Origin: an uncultured Candidatus Saccharibacteria bacterium
GTDB taxonomy: Bacteria; Patescibacteriota; Dojkabacteria; J137
Direction of reading: 5' to 3'
Length of the DNA: 37,973 bases
Assembly (NCBI GenBank): GCA_964445405.1
Contig: CAYUKX010000001.1
Span: 1-37,973 of the forward strand
Below the pieces are notes generated by a model. The model had not been told where the DNA came from and did not search any database. It saw only the letters and a program-made list of their open reading frames with translations. The translations under genes and the position numbers were made by a program. Numbering within the stretch: position 1 is the first letter of the stretch; each line of letters opens with the position of its first letter. Shown here in pieces: positions 1 through 9,200 of this stretch.

Positions 1-85
1 CAATAATAAGATAACTCCCTTATAGGTAGTAATTATCGTTATTATTGTTATTAAACTTTGTGTTCATAGTTTTGTTTTAATTGTT

Positions 86-266
86 GGGGTCAGGTGCAAA
101 GGATCTCCCCGTGCACCCGACCTTTGGTCCATATGTCCTTGGCATCTCGCCTTGGACGGCTTTGTCCCCCTTCTGTACAGGGAGGACCCTCGAAAAGCGC
201 GACAGCTAGTCAGAAAGGACCGATACGGATCGCGCACCCCTGTGCGACCCGTTACCATGTAGGCAC
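86..266 (-). ncRNA. Putative structured ncRNA 3 of tandem array, ~180 nt, family unknown
   Basis: GC-rich island directly downstream of a TTGCGA-17-TATAAT promoter. Minus-strand stems ACGGGUCGC/GCGAUCCGU, GGUCC/GGACC, GUCCUCC/GGGGGAC, GCC-GUCCAA-GGC and terminal hairpin GGUCGGGUGCA/UGCACCUGACC (88-122). Mismatches read as G-U pairs only on the minus strand. Confidence 0.7.
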
Positions 267-270
267 CTGA

Positions 271-299
271 ATTATATGAAGAAATTTTAATATTCGCAA
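271..299 (-). promoter_or_regulatory. Sigma70-type promoter for ncRNA 3
   Basis: Minus strand TTGCGA (299-294), 17-nt spacer, TATAAT (276-271). Confidence 0.8.
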
Positions 300-341
300 C
301 AAAAATTTATTTTTTTAGTAATACTTAGTATGGAATTTAGT

Positions 342-482
342 GACAAGTTGGAGGCTAACACGATTGTGCCGACCTCCAACTCCGCTAGTGTGGCCTAGCG
401 CTAAACATTGCCTACCAGGTAGTCTGCCATAAATGCAGCACCAATAGTTAATGTTACCCCAATGACGAAGTACATGGGGCAC
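342..482 (-). ncRNA. Putative structured ncRNA 2 of tandem array, ~140 nt, family unknown
   Basis: Minus-strand 5' hairpin GCCCCAUG/CAUUGGGGU, nested stem AACAUU/AAUGUU enclosing CUAUUGG/CUGGUAG and CUGC/GCAG, hairpin CGCUAG-GCCACA-CUAGCG (383-400), and a long terminal hairpin at 346-381 with G-U pairs. Confidence 0.7.
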
Positions 483-486
483 AGCA

Positions 487-515
487 ATTATATATATTAA
501 TATTAATTCAGGCAA
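487..515 (-). promoter_or_regulatory. Sigma70-type promoter for ncRNA 2
   Basis: Minus strand TTGCCT (515-510), 17-nt spacer, TATAAT (492-487). Confidence 0.8.
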
Positions 516-574
516 TATATAAAATAGGAATAGAACTAACCTGCTTGAATTTGATTTTATTTTCTGGATTATTT

Positions 575-749
575 GGGTAACTTGGAGATGAGTTTTCGAT
601 CATCTCCAAGTTTGGTGCCTAGGGTTGGGACCCTAGTGCGATGTGCACTCCGTGGTTGCCGGCTTTTATACAAGGGAATTACGGCTTTCGCCTCCCCCGG
701 CAGGAGTGCATTACTCATGAACCTCTGAGGGGTTAGAACAGAGGTATTC
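575..749 (-). ncRNA. Putative structured ncRNA 1 of tandem array, ~175 nt, family unknown
   Basis: Minus-strand 5' hairpin ACCUCUG/CAGAGGU (721-745), nested stems UGCACUCC/GGAGUGCA and UGCCGG/CCGGCA around a GGC-GAAA-GCC GNRA tetraloop, hairpin CUAGGG-UCCCAA-CCCUAG (619-636), terminal hairpin AACUUGGAGAUGA/UCAUCUCCAAGUU (579-612). Confidence 0.72.
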
Positions 750-754
750 CTTGG

Positions 755-783
755 ATTATATGTCCAAAAGTCGTTTTATACAA
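755..783 (-). promoter_or_regulatory. Sigma70-type promoter for ncRNA 1
   Basis: Minus strand TTGTAT (783-778), 17-nt spacer, TATAAT (760-755). Confidence 0.8.
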
Positions 784-814
784 TATACTTATATATCTAT
801 TAAATTTAACAATC

Positions 815-1303
815 ATGGATAAAGGCGACAATATAGCCCAAGCTATTAAAGATTTTTTAACACAACACAATATTGAATTCACATATTTAGAGCATGAACC
901 CACTCCAACAAGTGAGGATGCAGCCAGAGTAAGAGGTACAAAACCAGAGGAAGGCGCCAAAGCTATAATTTTAAAAACATCTAAAACAAAACAGAATGTA
1001 ATGGTTGTATTACCAGGGAACTTAAAAATAGATTCTAAAAAAATAAAGAGTTACTTAACTCAAGATATAAGTTTTGAAGATCCAGAAGTTATATTACAAA
1101 AATTTGGATTAATAATTGGTGGAGTTCCACCGTTTGCAAATTTAATAGCTCAAGACATTCAATTTTTAATAGATGAGAAATTATTTTTAAACGAGAATAT
1201 TTCTTTTAACTGTGGAAAAAGAACTGCATCAATAACAATGAGTGCAAAAGATTACAAAAAAATAACAGAAGCAATATCTGTGATTGGAGACTTTACAAAA
1301 TAG
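815..1303 (+). CDS. YbaK/ProXp-family aminoacyl-tRNA deacylase (trans-editing domain)
   Basis: 162 aa; H-x-P-x-x-T-S-E-x-A-A-x-x-R-G, catalytic-type Lys in GAKAII, GGVPPF motif, and FN-x-G-x-R-T-x-S. Confidence 0.88.
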   Translation: MDKGDNIAQAIKDFLTQHNIEFTYLEHEPTPTSEDAARVRGTKPEEGAKAIILKTSKTKQNVMVVLPGNLKIDSKKIKSYLTQDISFEDPEVILQKFGLIIGGVPPFANLIAQDIQFLIDEKLFLNENISFNCGKRTASITMSAKDYKKITEAISVIGDFTK

Positions 1304-1725
1304 TGTCAGAAAATGCACTCAAAAGTACATCGAATAATATGCTTTGCAGCATACGTAAATTGAAGATTATTGAATATCCAAGGCCTTGGTGTTCCGGAAT
1401 AATTTAACAAACGGTTCGCGTACATACCTTAAATACACAAATGATTTTATGGATTTAAAGCAACTTACTGTTTCTAGATATTCCGAAACTATTCGACATA
1501 ATCTTACCAATATTTCTCAATCTATTCAATACTCAAAACGACCTCAATTTACATAACGATTGTCTGTATCAAAATTATTTAATAAGAAATTTAGTTATAA
1601 GATATTTTTTGTCCTATAGTTTTAGCAATAACATTGCACAATAAATTTAAATTGATTCTATTCTTCTTTTTTTAATATAAAAAATCAATTAGAATAGTAA
1701 TCGTATTACACACATTTAATTTAAG

Positions 1726-2955
1726 ATGAAAAAGTTTTTAATTGTATTTCTATTTTTGATTTTAGCTATACCGGTATATGCTCAAAATTTAAATTCAACA
1801 ACATATACATTAATTGCTCCATCAATTGATTCTACAAGTGGTATCACTAACTCTACCAACTACTCTATATTACATGACTCATCACCTGTAGATGACTACA
1901 TTACATCAAGTACAAACTATAGCTTTAAAGGCGGTACTGCTGAATTCATAGAAGCGAAAGTTCCATCAATAATCTGCTTTGAAACTTCTACAAATAGCGG
2001 ATCTACAACATGTACAGGCATACCTGGCGGAGACGGAATGCGTGGTGTGTGCTCAAGTCCCGGTTGTTACGATCGTGCAAAGATAGAAATTAACACGCAA
2101 AATAATAGCGATGATGTGAAATATGCAATTCAAATTGCTACAAATGCATCTTTTACAACTGGAGTTCAATATATAGGTGGCGCTAATCGAATTCCTAAAG
2201 CGACATTAACATTATCTGATTTTTTATATAAATGCGAATGGGAAGGAACAATATATTCAACATATTGTGTATCAGCAAATACAACCTATCAAAAGTTTAA
2301 TATTCTTGGTTTAACACCAGGTACTTTATATTACATTAGAGCTGCAGCATTAAAAGGATCGACTTCGGCTGCACAGTTTACACAAAGTGATTGGAGCGTA
2401 TCTGCAACAGCAACAACACAAAATACAACACTAAGTTTTGACATTGATATTGCACCAAATACTGCTACATCGACTAATCCACCATACATACTAAACAATA
2501 TAAATATTATTCCAGAAAGTACTTTTGTAAGTAGTGATTACGTTGTATTCAAAACAACAACAAATGCTTTAAATGGAATTATAGTTAGTGCATCATCTGC
2601 TGCAACAACACTTAACAATAACTTAACAGCTGATACAATTCCTGCATACACAGGAGATCTTGATACGCAAAGTAATGGATGGGGAATAATAAATATTACT
2701 GCAACAAACGCTGCAAGCAATACTGCCAACCTTGGCAGTATAAATATTTATTCTACACCTACTGACTTTACCGAGGCTGGAGCAGCAAATAAGATTGGTG
2801 GATTATCAACAACAGAAGTTGGATTATTTAATTCTAATTCATTACCTTTATATAACGGTGTAAGTGGTTTTAAACTTAAAGTTAGAACAGATTTTAGTAA
2901 ACCAGCGGGTGAATACAGTCAAATAATGTACGTAAATGTAGCAACTCTTAATTAA
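1726..2955 (+). CDS. Secreted Thr/Ser/Asn-rich protein with FN3-like domain and beta-rich C-terminal domain
   Basis: Signal peptide MKKFLIVFLFLILAIPVYA; FN3 signature GLTPGTLYYIRA; C-terminal PAGEY motif. Confidence 0.65.
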   Translation: MKKFLIVFLFLILAIPVYAQNLNSTTYTLIAPSIDSTSGITNSTNYSILHDSSPVDDYITSSTNYSFKGGTAEFIEAKVPSIICFETSTNSGSTTCTGIPGGDGMRGVCSSPGCYDRAKIEINTQNNSDDVKYAIQIATNASFTTGVQYIGGANRIPKATLTLSDFLYKCEWEGTIYSTYCVSANTTYQKFNILGLTPGTLYYIRAAALKGSTSAAQFTQSDWSVSATATTQNTTLSFDIDIAPNTATSTNPPYILNNINIIPESTFVSSDYVVFKTTTNALNGIIVSASSAATTLNNNLTADTIPAYTGDLDTQSNGWGIINITATNAASNTANLGSINIYSTPTDFTEAGAANKIGGLSTTEVGLFNSNSLPLYNGVSGFKLKVRTDFSKPAGEYSQIMYVNVATLN

Positions 2956-2976
2956 TTTATATTTTATATTTTTTGT

Positions 2977-3891
2977 ATGATAGAAATGGGAATAGGAAAA
3001 GCTTTTACAAGCTTATTCAAAGAAAGAAGATGGTGGGTTAAGTTTGGTATTATATTTTCAATTAGCTACCTTGCAATAGCATTGTCGCTAATTACAGGAG
3101 TAATGGATTTAGGCAAGAATGCGAATAGCATTAAATCTTATACGACCCTAGAGCTTACAACAACGTTATTAATTGGATTAGTTGCTTTAATAGTTTCGAT
3201 AATACTCGTAGTATTTTCGCTGTGGTATAACTACGAAAATACACAGGCGGCAATTCAGAATAGACAAACAAAACTTATTTGGGAATATTCATTTTCAGAT
3301 TCTGTAAAAAAGACAGCAAAATACGGAGTTGCTTCTATAGTATATGGATTAATTAGTTTTGTAATTTCGATGGTTGTAATAGGCATTCCTGTTTTTGCAA
3401 CAATAATATTAATGGGTTTTATTTACGATAGCGCAACAGTGTCAAAGGAATACGGGGTGATTATTGGCTTAGGATTTATTCTACTTTGCTGCATATTTAC
3501 AGTAGTCGTACTCGGTTTAATGGCATTTGTATATGCACTAACAACACCTGGTTACCTTAGACTTGTAGCCTCAAATACTTTTTCAGAAGCATTTCACTTT
3601 AGATCAAATTTAAGAATTGGGAAAAAATACTTTGGTTATTTTATAGCGGCGATTTTAATACTACTTGTTTTTAGTTTTGTATTGGGATTTGCTACTAGCA
3701 TTTTTAGTGCAGTTAGTACTGCAGTAAGCCTTACGAATCCTGTATTTGGACTTATACTCCAGTTAATAATACAGATTCCAGCGACCATAGTAACTACATA
3801 CCTAAGCTACTTTGTGTTCCCTAAAATATTAGGAAATATATATAGAGGTATTATTAGCAAAGAAGATGAGCTAAAGTTCCTTAGAAAGTAA
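2977..3891 (+). CDS. Multi-pass membrane protein, DUF4013-like
   Basis: About 6 hydrophobic helices, N-terminal KAFT-x-LFKE-x-x-W, and an FSEAF motif. Confidence 0.6.
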   Translation: MIEMGIGKAFTSLFKERRWWVKFGIIFSISYLAIALSLITGVMDLGKNANSIKSYTTLELTTTLLIGLVALIVSIILVVFSLWYNYENTQAAIQNRQTKLIWEYSFSDSVKKTAKYGVASIVYGLISFVISMVVIGIPVFATIILMGFIYDSATVSKEYGVIIGLGFILLCCIFTVVVLGLMAFVYALTTPGYLRLVASNTFSEAFHFRSNLRIGKKYFGYFIAAILILLVFSFVLGFATSIFSAVSTAVSLTNPVFGLILQLIIQIPATIVTTYLSYFVFPKILGNIYRGIISKEDELKFLRK

Positions 3892-3905
3892 CCTTTAAAG
3901 GCAGA

Positions 3906-4133
3906 CTACTGAGCAATCTCGGTATATCTGCCTTTTTTTATAATTATAGGTCCCCTAGGGCCGTCAACTTCCGTTTCAAGCTCTTCTTCCCAAAGCCACT
4001 CAATATCATCTTCCTCAGAGTCTTCTTCTTCCTCAATAAAGCCTTCTTCTAGCTCTACTTCGTCATCGGAACCTCCATCTGGAATAAGATATGCACATGG
4101 GTAATTGTTGTATTTTATTAGAGTTTCTATCAT
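3906..4133 (-). CDS. Small highly acidic hypothetical protein
   Basis: 75 aa with ATG start, long D/E tract, and upstream TTGACG-18-TAATAT (4186-4157); it fills an otherwise empty gap. Confidence 0.5.
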   Translation of the reverse strand: MIETLIKYNNYPCAYLIPDGGSDDEVELEEGFIEEEEDSEEDDIEWLWEEELETEVDGPRGPIIIKKGRYTEIAQ

Positions 4134-4217
4134 AGAGTTAATTGGTAAGTCCTAAGATATTAACTCTACTTTTTAAAAATCGTCAATTGGCTAAATAGCA
4201 AATACGTAACACTTTTT

Positions 4218-5072
4218 TTATGTTACTTTTTTTATACTTTTGTAATTTTCGCGTAGATATTCGAACAAGAATTGACCTGCATAAGCTGTATGCTCTCCAA
4301 AATAATCAAAGTACCATTTTCTTAATTCAGAATACTTAAACTTAATATTTAAATTATAAAATTCTAATAAAACTCTTTGTGCCCAAATATCAATTGGTGT
4401 AACCGTATAAAATCCTAAAGCAAAAGTTAAAATGCAATCTGCAACTTTGTCACCTATACCATTGAATTTTAAAAGTTCTTGTCGTGCATCTTGTTCTGTT
4501 TTTAACATTAATTCCCGTTCAATATTCTTATTTGCTGATAATACTTTTGCGGCTTGAATTAAATATTTTGCTCTAAAACCTGCACCGCACTCTTTTATTT
4601 GTTCCTCACTTAATGTTGCAATTACTTCTGAAGATGGGAAAGTATAAAATTCTAAATCATCTATTAAATATTTTGTGCCGTATTTTCTTGAAAGTTGTCT
4701 AACAACTTTACGAACTGCTTTAATATTTTTATGTGCAGTTAAAATAAATGAAAATAGTGTTTGTTCAAAGTCTTGTTTTAATATTTGAACATTCTTAATC
4801 GATTCAATTGCTAGAGCAATTTGGGGATCTTTATTAATGCTAGTCAGAATCGTATCAAAATTATCTTTAGAATTTAATAGATTTTTAATATATAGGGTAT
4901 TGTCCTTTTCGGGGTACGTTTGCCAAAAAATGCCATCTGTAGCTGGAGTTATTTTAATAATCCTGCTCGTGGTAAAGCCATAAAAAGACCCATTTATATA
5001 ATCCCAGTTAAATGCTTGGCCGCCTAGTAAGGTACTTTCTAGATTGTAATTGGGTAATTTCATGAAATTCAT
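4218..5072 (-). CDS. ogg: 8-oxoguanine DNA glycosylase/AP lyase (OGG1-like, HhH-GPD); likely start at ATG 5072 or 5063
   Basis: OGG N-domain TL-x-GGQAF-x-W, G-x-GFRAKY, HhH motif GIGDKVADC, P-x-D-x-W, and AYAGQFLF. Confidence 0.88.
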   Translation of the reverse strand: MNFMKLPNYNLESTLLGGQAFNWDYINGSFYGFTTSRIIKITPATDGIFWQTYPEKDNTLYIKNLLNSKDNFDTILTSINKDPQIALAIESIKNVQILKQDFEQTLFSFILTAHKNIKAVRKVVRQLSRKYGTKYLIDDLEFYTFPSSEVIATLSEEQIKECGAGFRAKYLIQAAKVLSANKNIERELMLKTEQDARQELLKFNGIGDKVADCILTFALGFYTVTPIDIWAQRVLLEFYNLNIKFKYSELRKWYFDYFGEHTAYAGQFLFEYLRENYKSIKKVT

Positions 5073-5194
5073 GCTTAAATTATAGCTTAAGGTCTCAAAT
5101 ATAGAGCATATATACCTAAACACAAAAAAATATAGTATAATTTCACCTGCATTTAGAGTAGTTCAGATTGAACTTTGCAAATTGTATTGACCCT

Positions 5195-5266
5195 TCGGGG
5201 TTCGTCTAATGGTAGGACAGCAGCCTTTGAAGCTGTCGATTGGGGTTCGAGTCCCTGACCCCGAAG
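5195..5266 (+). tRNA. tRNA-Gln(TTG), CCA not encoded
   Basis: Acceptor TCGGGGT/ACCCCGA, D arm GTCTAATGGTAGGAC, anticodon arm GCAGC-CTTTGAA-GCTGT, T arm with GGTTCGAGTCC. Confidence 0.95.
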
Positions 5267-5310
5267 AGTCAATATAATTCCACTCTTTATTTACTTCTAT
5301 TAATATTTCA

Positions 5311-6270
5311 ATGTTTAAAGATTTAACTACAGCAAAACTTAAAGCAGGAAAAGGCGGAGACGGAAGAGTATCTTTTGTGTCTAGAAACGCCCGAAAACTT
5401 TCTGACGGAGGCGTTGGTGGTCCTGGTGGTGACTTTTACGTTGAAGGAACTACAAATCTTTATGATTTAAGTTACATTAAAAAAGATGAAGTATTTAAAG
5501 CAGAAGATGGCCAAATAGGTGGAACAAACAATTCTACTGGTAAGAACGGTATGGATTTTACGCTTAAATTACCTGTAGGAACGAGCATATATAACTTTAA
5601 TGGAGATTTAATACACAGAATTGAAGAGCCAAATATTAAAGTCAAACTATTAACTGGTGGAAAAGGTGGAAAAGGGAACTTATCGTTTAAATCTCAGGGT
5701 CTAGATGCATTATATGAACATACAGATGGAACTCCAGGCCAAGAACTAGACGTTAGACTTGAACTTGAACTAATAAGTGATGTTATTTTTATTGGCTTAC
5801 CAAATGCTGGAAAGTCATCTGTGCTTAACGAAATTACCAATGCGAATGCCAAAGTTGCATCTTATGCGTTTACAACTTTAATTCCACAATTAGGTAGACT
5901 AGACGAAATCACACTAATGGATTTACCAGGATTAATTGAAAACACATTCGAAGGCAAAGGTCTTGGAACAAGATTTGTTAAACATACAAAATCTGCAAAA
6001 CTAGTATTACATTTTGTAAGTCTTGAAAATCCTGATTTAATAGAAGCTTACAACACTATTCGCGAGGAGCTTAAGAATATTGATATTAGATTATTTGAAT
6101 TACCTGAAATAATAGTACTTACCAAAACAGATACTATCGACGATCCAAAGCTAATTCAAAAAGCAGAAAAAACACTTGAGAAACTTGGCAGACAAGTTAT
6201 ATCAGTTTCTATTGCCGATGATAAGAGCCTTGAGGTCTTAAAATCAGCTATCAAATCTAGCCTAAAGTAA
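5311..6270 (+). CDS. obgE: GTPase ObgE/CgtA, short form without C-terminal OCT domain
   Basis: Gly-rich Obg fold (AGKGGDG, GG-x-GG-x-GG), G1 GLPNAGKS, G2 YAFTT, G3 DLPG, G4 TKTD. Confidence 0.95.
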   Translation: MFKDLTTAKLKAGKGGDGRVSFVSRNARKLSDGGVGGPGGDFYVEGTTNLYDLSYIKKDEVFKAEDGQIGGTNNSTGKNGMDFTLKLPVGTSIYNFNGDLIHRIEEPNIKVKLLTGGKGGKGNLSFKSQGLDALYEHTDGTPGQELDVRLELELISDVIFIGLPNAGKSSVLNEITNANAKVASYAFTTLIPQLGRLDEITLMDLPGLIENTFEGKGLGTRFVKHTKSAKLVLHFVSLENPDLIEAYNTIREELKNIDIRLFELPEIIVLTKTDTIDDPKLIQKAEKTLEKLGRQVISVSIADDKSLEVLKSAIKSSLK

Positions 6271-9200
6271 TTACATCTCAAACTTTCCTAGAACTTCACT
6301 TGATTTCTTCATTGGGAATTCAATAGTAATTTGTTCTTTCTTTTTTACAGTTATTTTAATCAGAGTTTGACCTATAGAACTTTCTAGTCTATCGTATCTC
6401 TTGCTTAATTTAGCTTTATCTAATTCGTACCCTGCAGCATTTACTTGTAAGTGATAGCTACCTGGTTCTAATGTAAACCCAAATCTACCCTCGGCATCAG
6501 TTAGTAGAACATCTATTTGTCTACCTTGTTTAATATCGAATACTCTTACACTTGCACTCTTAATTCTTTTATAATTTGCGCTGTCGTATACATAACCCCA
6601 TTCACGCTTTCTTGCATTTAAAAGTATTAATACAAGTAACTGTATTAAATAAATACTTGCTACAAAGTAGTTAAAGAAACTTGGAGTTACTACTAGTGCA
6701 ATTGCTGAGATTATAAATCCAATAACAACAATAGAATTATTAATCTTTGGTAAATTCTTCTTTATACTCTCTCTAAATCGCAATAACGCTTCCTTAATTG
6801 TATTTTTCTTAAGTGATAGTTTCTTTAAACCAATGTTTTTTGCAGCAATTCCCTCGTTTTCGCTAATCTCTATTTCAAATTTTTCAAAGTGATAGTCTGA
6901 ATGCTTTGCTTCAAGTGTGTACGTGCCTTTATTAACCAAGAATCCATATTTACCATCAAAGCCTGTAACAATTTGTTTTTGAATCTTACCTACTTCGTCG
7001 TAGATTCGTACTAATACAAATGGAATTGGCTCTTTTGTTGATTCGTCAAAGATTACACCCCATGTACTTTTTCTTCTTTTTTTACCTATCCAAGGTATTG
7101 CATACATTACCATTCCTGGGTAAGTAATAATGTTCAGTGCACCAGTAGCAATTGTTGTAATCGTCAATATTAATGGGACTGTATCTTCAGTTACTTGTAT
7201 TGTAAATGGTTTTTCAGGGTAATAATTAATGTACCTAGAAATTGGAATTACTCCACTTTGTACACATGTTTTTTCGGTGTTTACACAATCTACCTTATAG
7301 TATAAGTCGTTAACACCATCTAAATTAGCCAGTTCAAGAATAGCAGTGTGGTTGGTAATCTTTTGTTTATCTTCATACGAAAAGATCATGCTATCTGAAG
7401 CGTTACCATAGTGTACTTTACAGAAAGATTCACTATCCGTTTGATAGTTTATTACTACTTGGCCATTTGAATTAAATGAATAGTTTTCGAAGTTATTAAT
7501 ACATTGTCTTGGATCACTAACTTGAATTACTTCCCCGTTTAGTGTTGTGAATGAATCATTATAATCATCACTCTTTCCTGCATTAGATGTTGCATGAATA
7601 TTGAATATGTATTGAGTACTCTCATCTAAATTTTCAATTACCTGGCAATGGTTTTCGGCATATTCTGCCTCTACTGGTGTAGCATTTGTATACTCACTAC
7701 CTGCAGCTAGTCCATAACTTATGTTTCCGATAGTAGAAATATTTGTTTCCCAACAGATTCTTTGAGCTGTTAGTCCAATGTTTTCTGTTGTTACATTTGT
7801 AATTTGAACATCTGCAATACAATCAACACTTTCAGGATTATCCTGACAGTTGTTTTCTGGGTTTACAATTATGTTTTGCGATGTTGCATTCAAGTTTGAA
7901 ATATTTTTATCTTGCACCTTAATTGTATAGATTCCTGATTCAGCAAACTTTACGCTATTGGTAAATACTCGTCTACCTGAATCTCCACTTATAAAAGTAT
8001 AGTCACTTGGTAACAAAGCCGATGCAGATGTTGAGGTAAAATTAACAGAACCTCTATACAAAGGATCATTATTATTTTGAGTATTAAATGCATCTACTGT
8101 TAAATCAATCACTTCACCAATTCTTACAACATATTTACTTGGTGTAATTCCTAACGTTTTAGCCGAACTTGTAACTTGTATTGTAATTGTATCTGTTAAA
8201 TCACTATAGATTACATCTCTTACAGTAACGGTAAATGTACCTTCTTTTAAGAATGTAAGTTCATTACTAAATTCATGAACCCCACTATTCGATAGCGTGA
8301 ATTGATAATTGTTTGGTAGTGTTGCGTCAGGAGATGCAGAAGATGTAAATGTAACAGTACCGTTATAGTTAGTTACGATTGCGTTAAGGTCGTCTTTTGC
8401 TCTTACAGTCAATGATAATTGTTCGCCAACATTGGCTTCAATTTTATTTGATTCTAATTCGATTGCAGTTGCTGTTGTAGGTGCAGGTTCTGTAACTGTT
8501 ATTGGAACAGAAGTTGCAGTAATTGAATTATTTATAGTATCTGTTACAGTTACCGTATACGTACCTGCTTGAGTAAATACTAATCCATTTGTGAATAGTT
8601 TTTCTGCGTCATCTAACTCAGTGAATGTGTAGTTGCTTGGCAAAATTGTATTATTGTTGCCTGTTGTTGTAAATGTAACAGTTCCTCTGTAATAAGTGTC
8701 TGGTTGTAATGTATCTGTTAACGCACTAACAATTAATGATATTGGATCACCTGCGGTTACATTTGTTGAGCTTGGAACAATTGATAAGCTATCAATTGAT
8801 GCTTCGACAGTTATTTGTACACTTGTTGCAGTTAATCCACTATCAGCAATATCTGTAACTGTAATTGTGTAAGTACCAACCTGGCTAAACAGAACCGAAT
8901 TATTAAAGTCATGCGAACCATTATCACCGCCTACATAAGTGTAATTACTTGGAATTGTTGCATTTGATCCTGCAGTAGAACCAAATGTAACTGTACCATT
9001 ATAAGAACTAAATATATCTGAATATTGATCTAGAATACTAACGCTTACACTTAGTTGTTCACCTTGCTTAACAGTTGTTTTGCTAGGAGTAATGGTTATA
9101 CTATTTGCATTTGCTGGTGGTAGGTTTACTGTTATCTGTTCTGTGGTTGCAGTTAAACTACCCGCAACTGTATCAGTTACAGTTACGGTATATGTTCCAG

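Noticed and set aside
86-122. SRP RNA resemblance (TCAGGT..AAGGA) on the plus strand
   Set aside because: It lacks the GGAA tetraloop/AGCAG motif, and G-U pairing favours the minus strand.
1-270. tmRNA interpretation (NDNY-like peptide with its stop in a hairpin loop)
   Set aside because: There is no GGGG...GGAUUCGAC 5' end, no Ala resume codon and no terminal AA tag.
64-515. ORF-track entries 64..258 and 315..515
   Set aside because: They are short, have no motifs and atypical composition, and coincide with the structured RNA islands; 315..515 starts on the -35 box itself.
600-716. Twister ribozyme resemblance (UAAUGC...GGUCCCAA)
   Set aside because: The AAGC loop and the GAG after the P2 3' strand, needed for the pseudoknots, are missing.
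1386-1556. Possible 35-56 aa ORF between ybaK and the secreted protein
   Set aside because: It is too short, has no motif and has no supporting signals.
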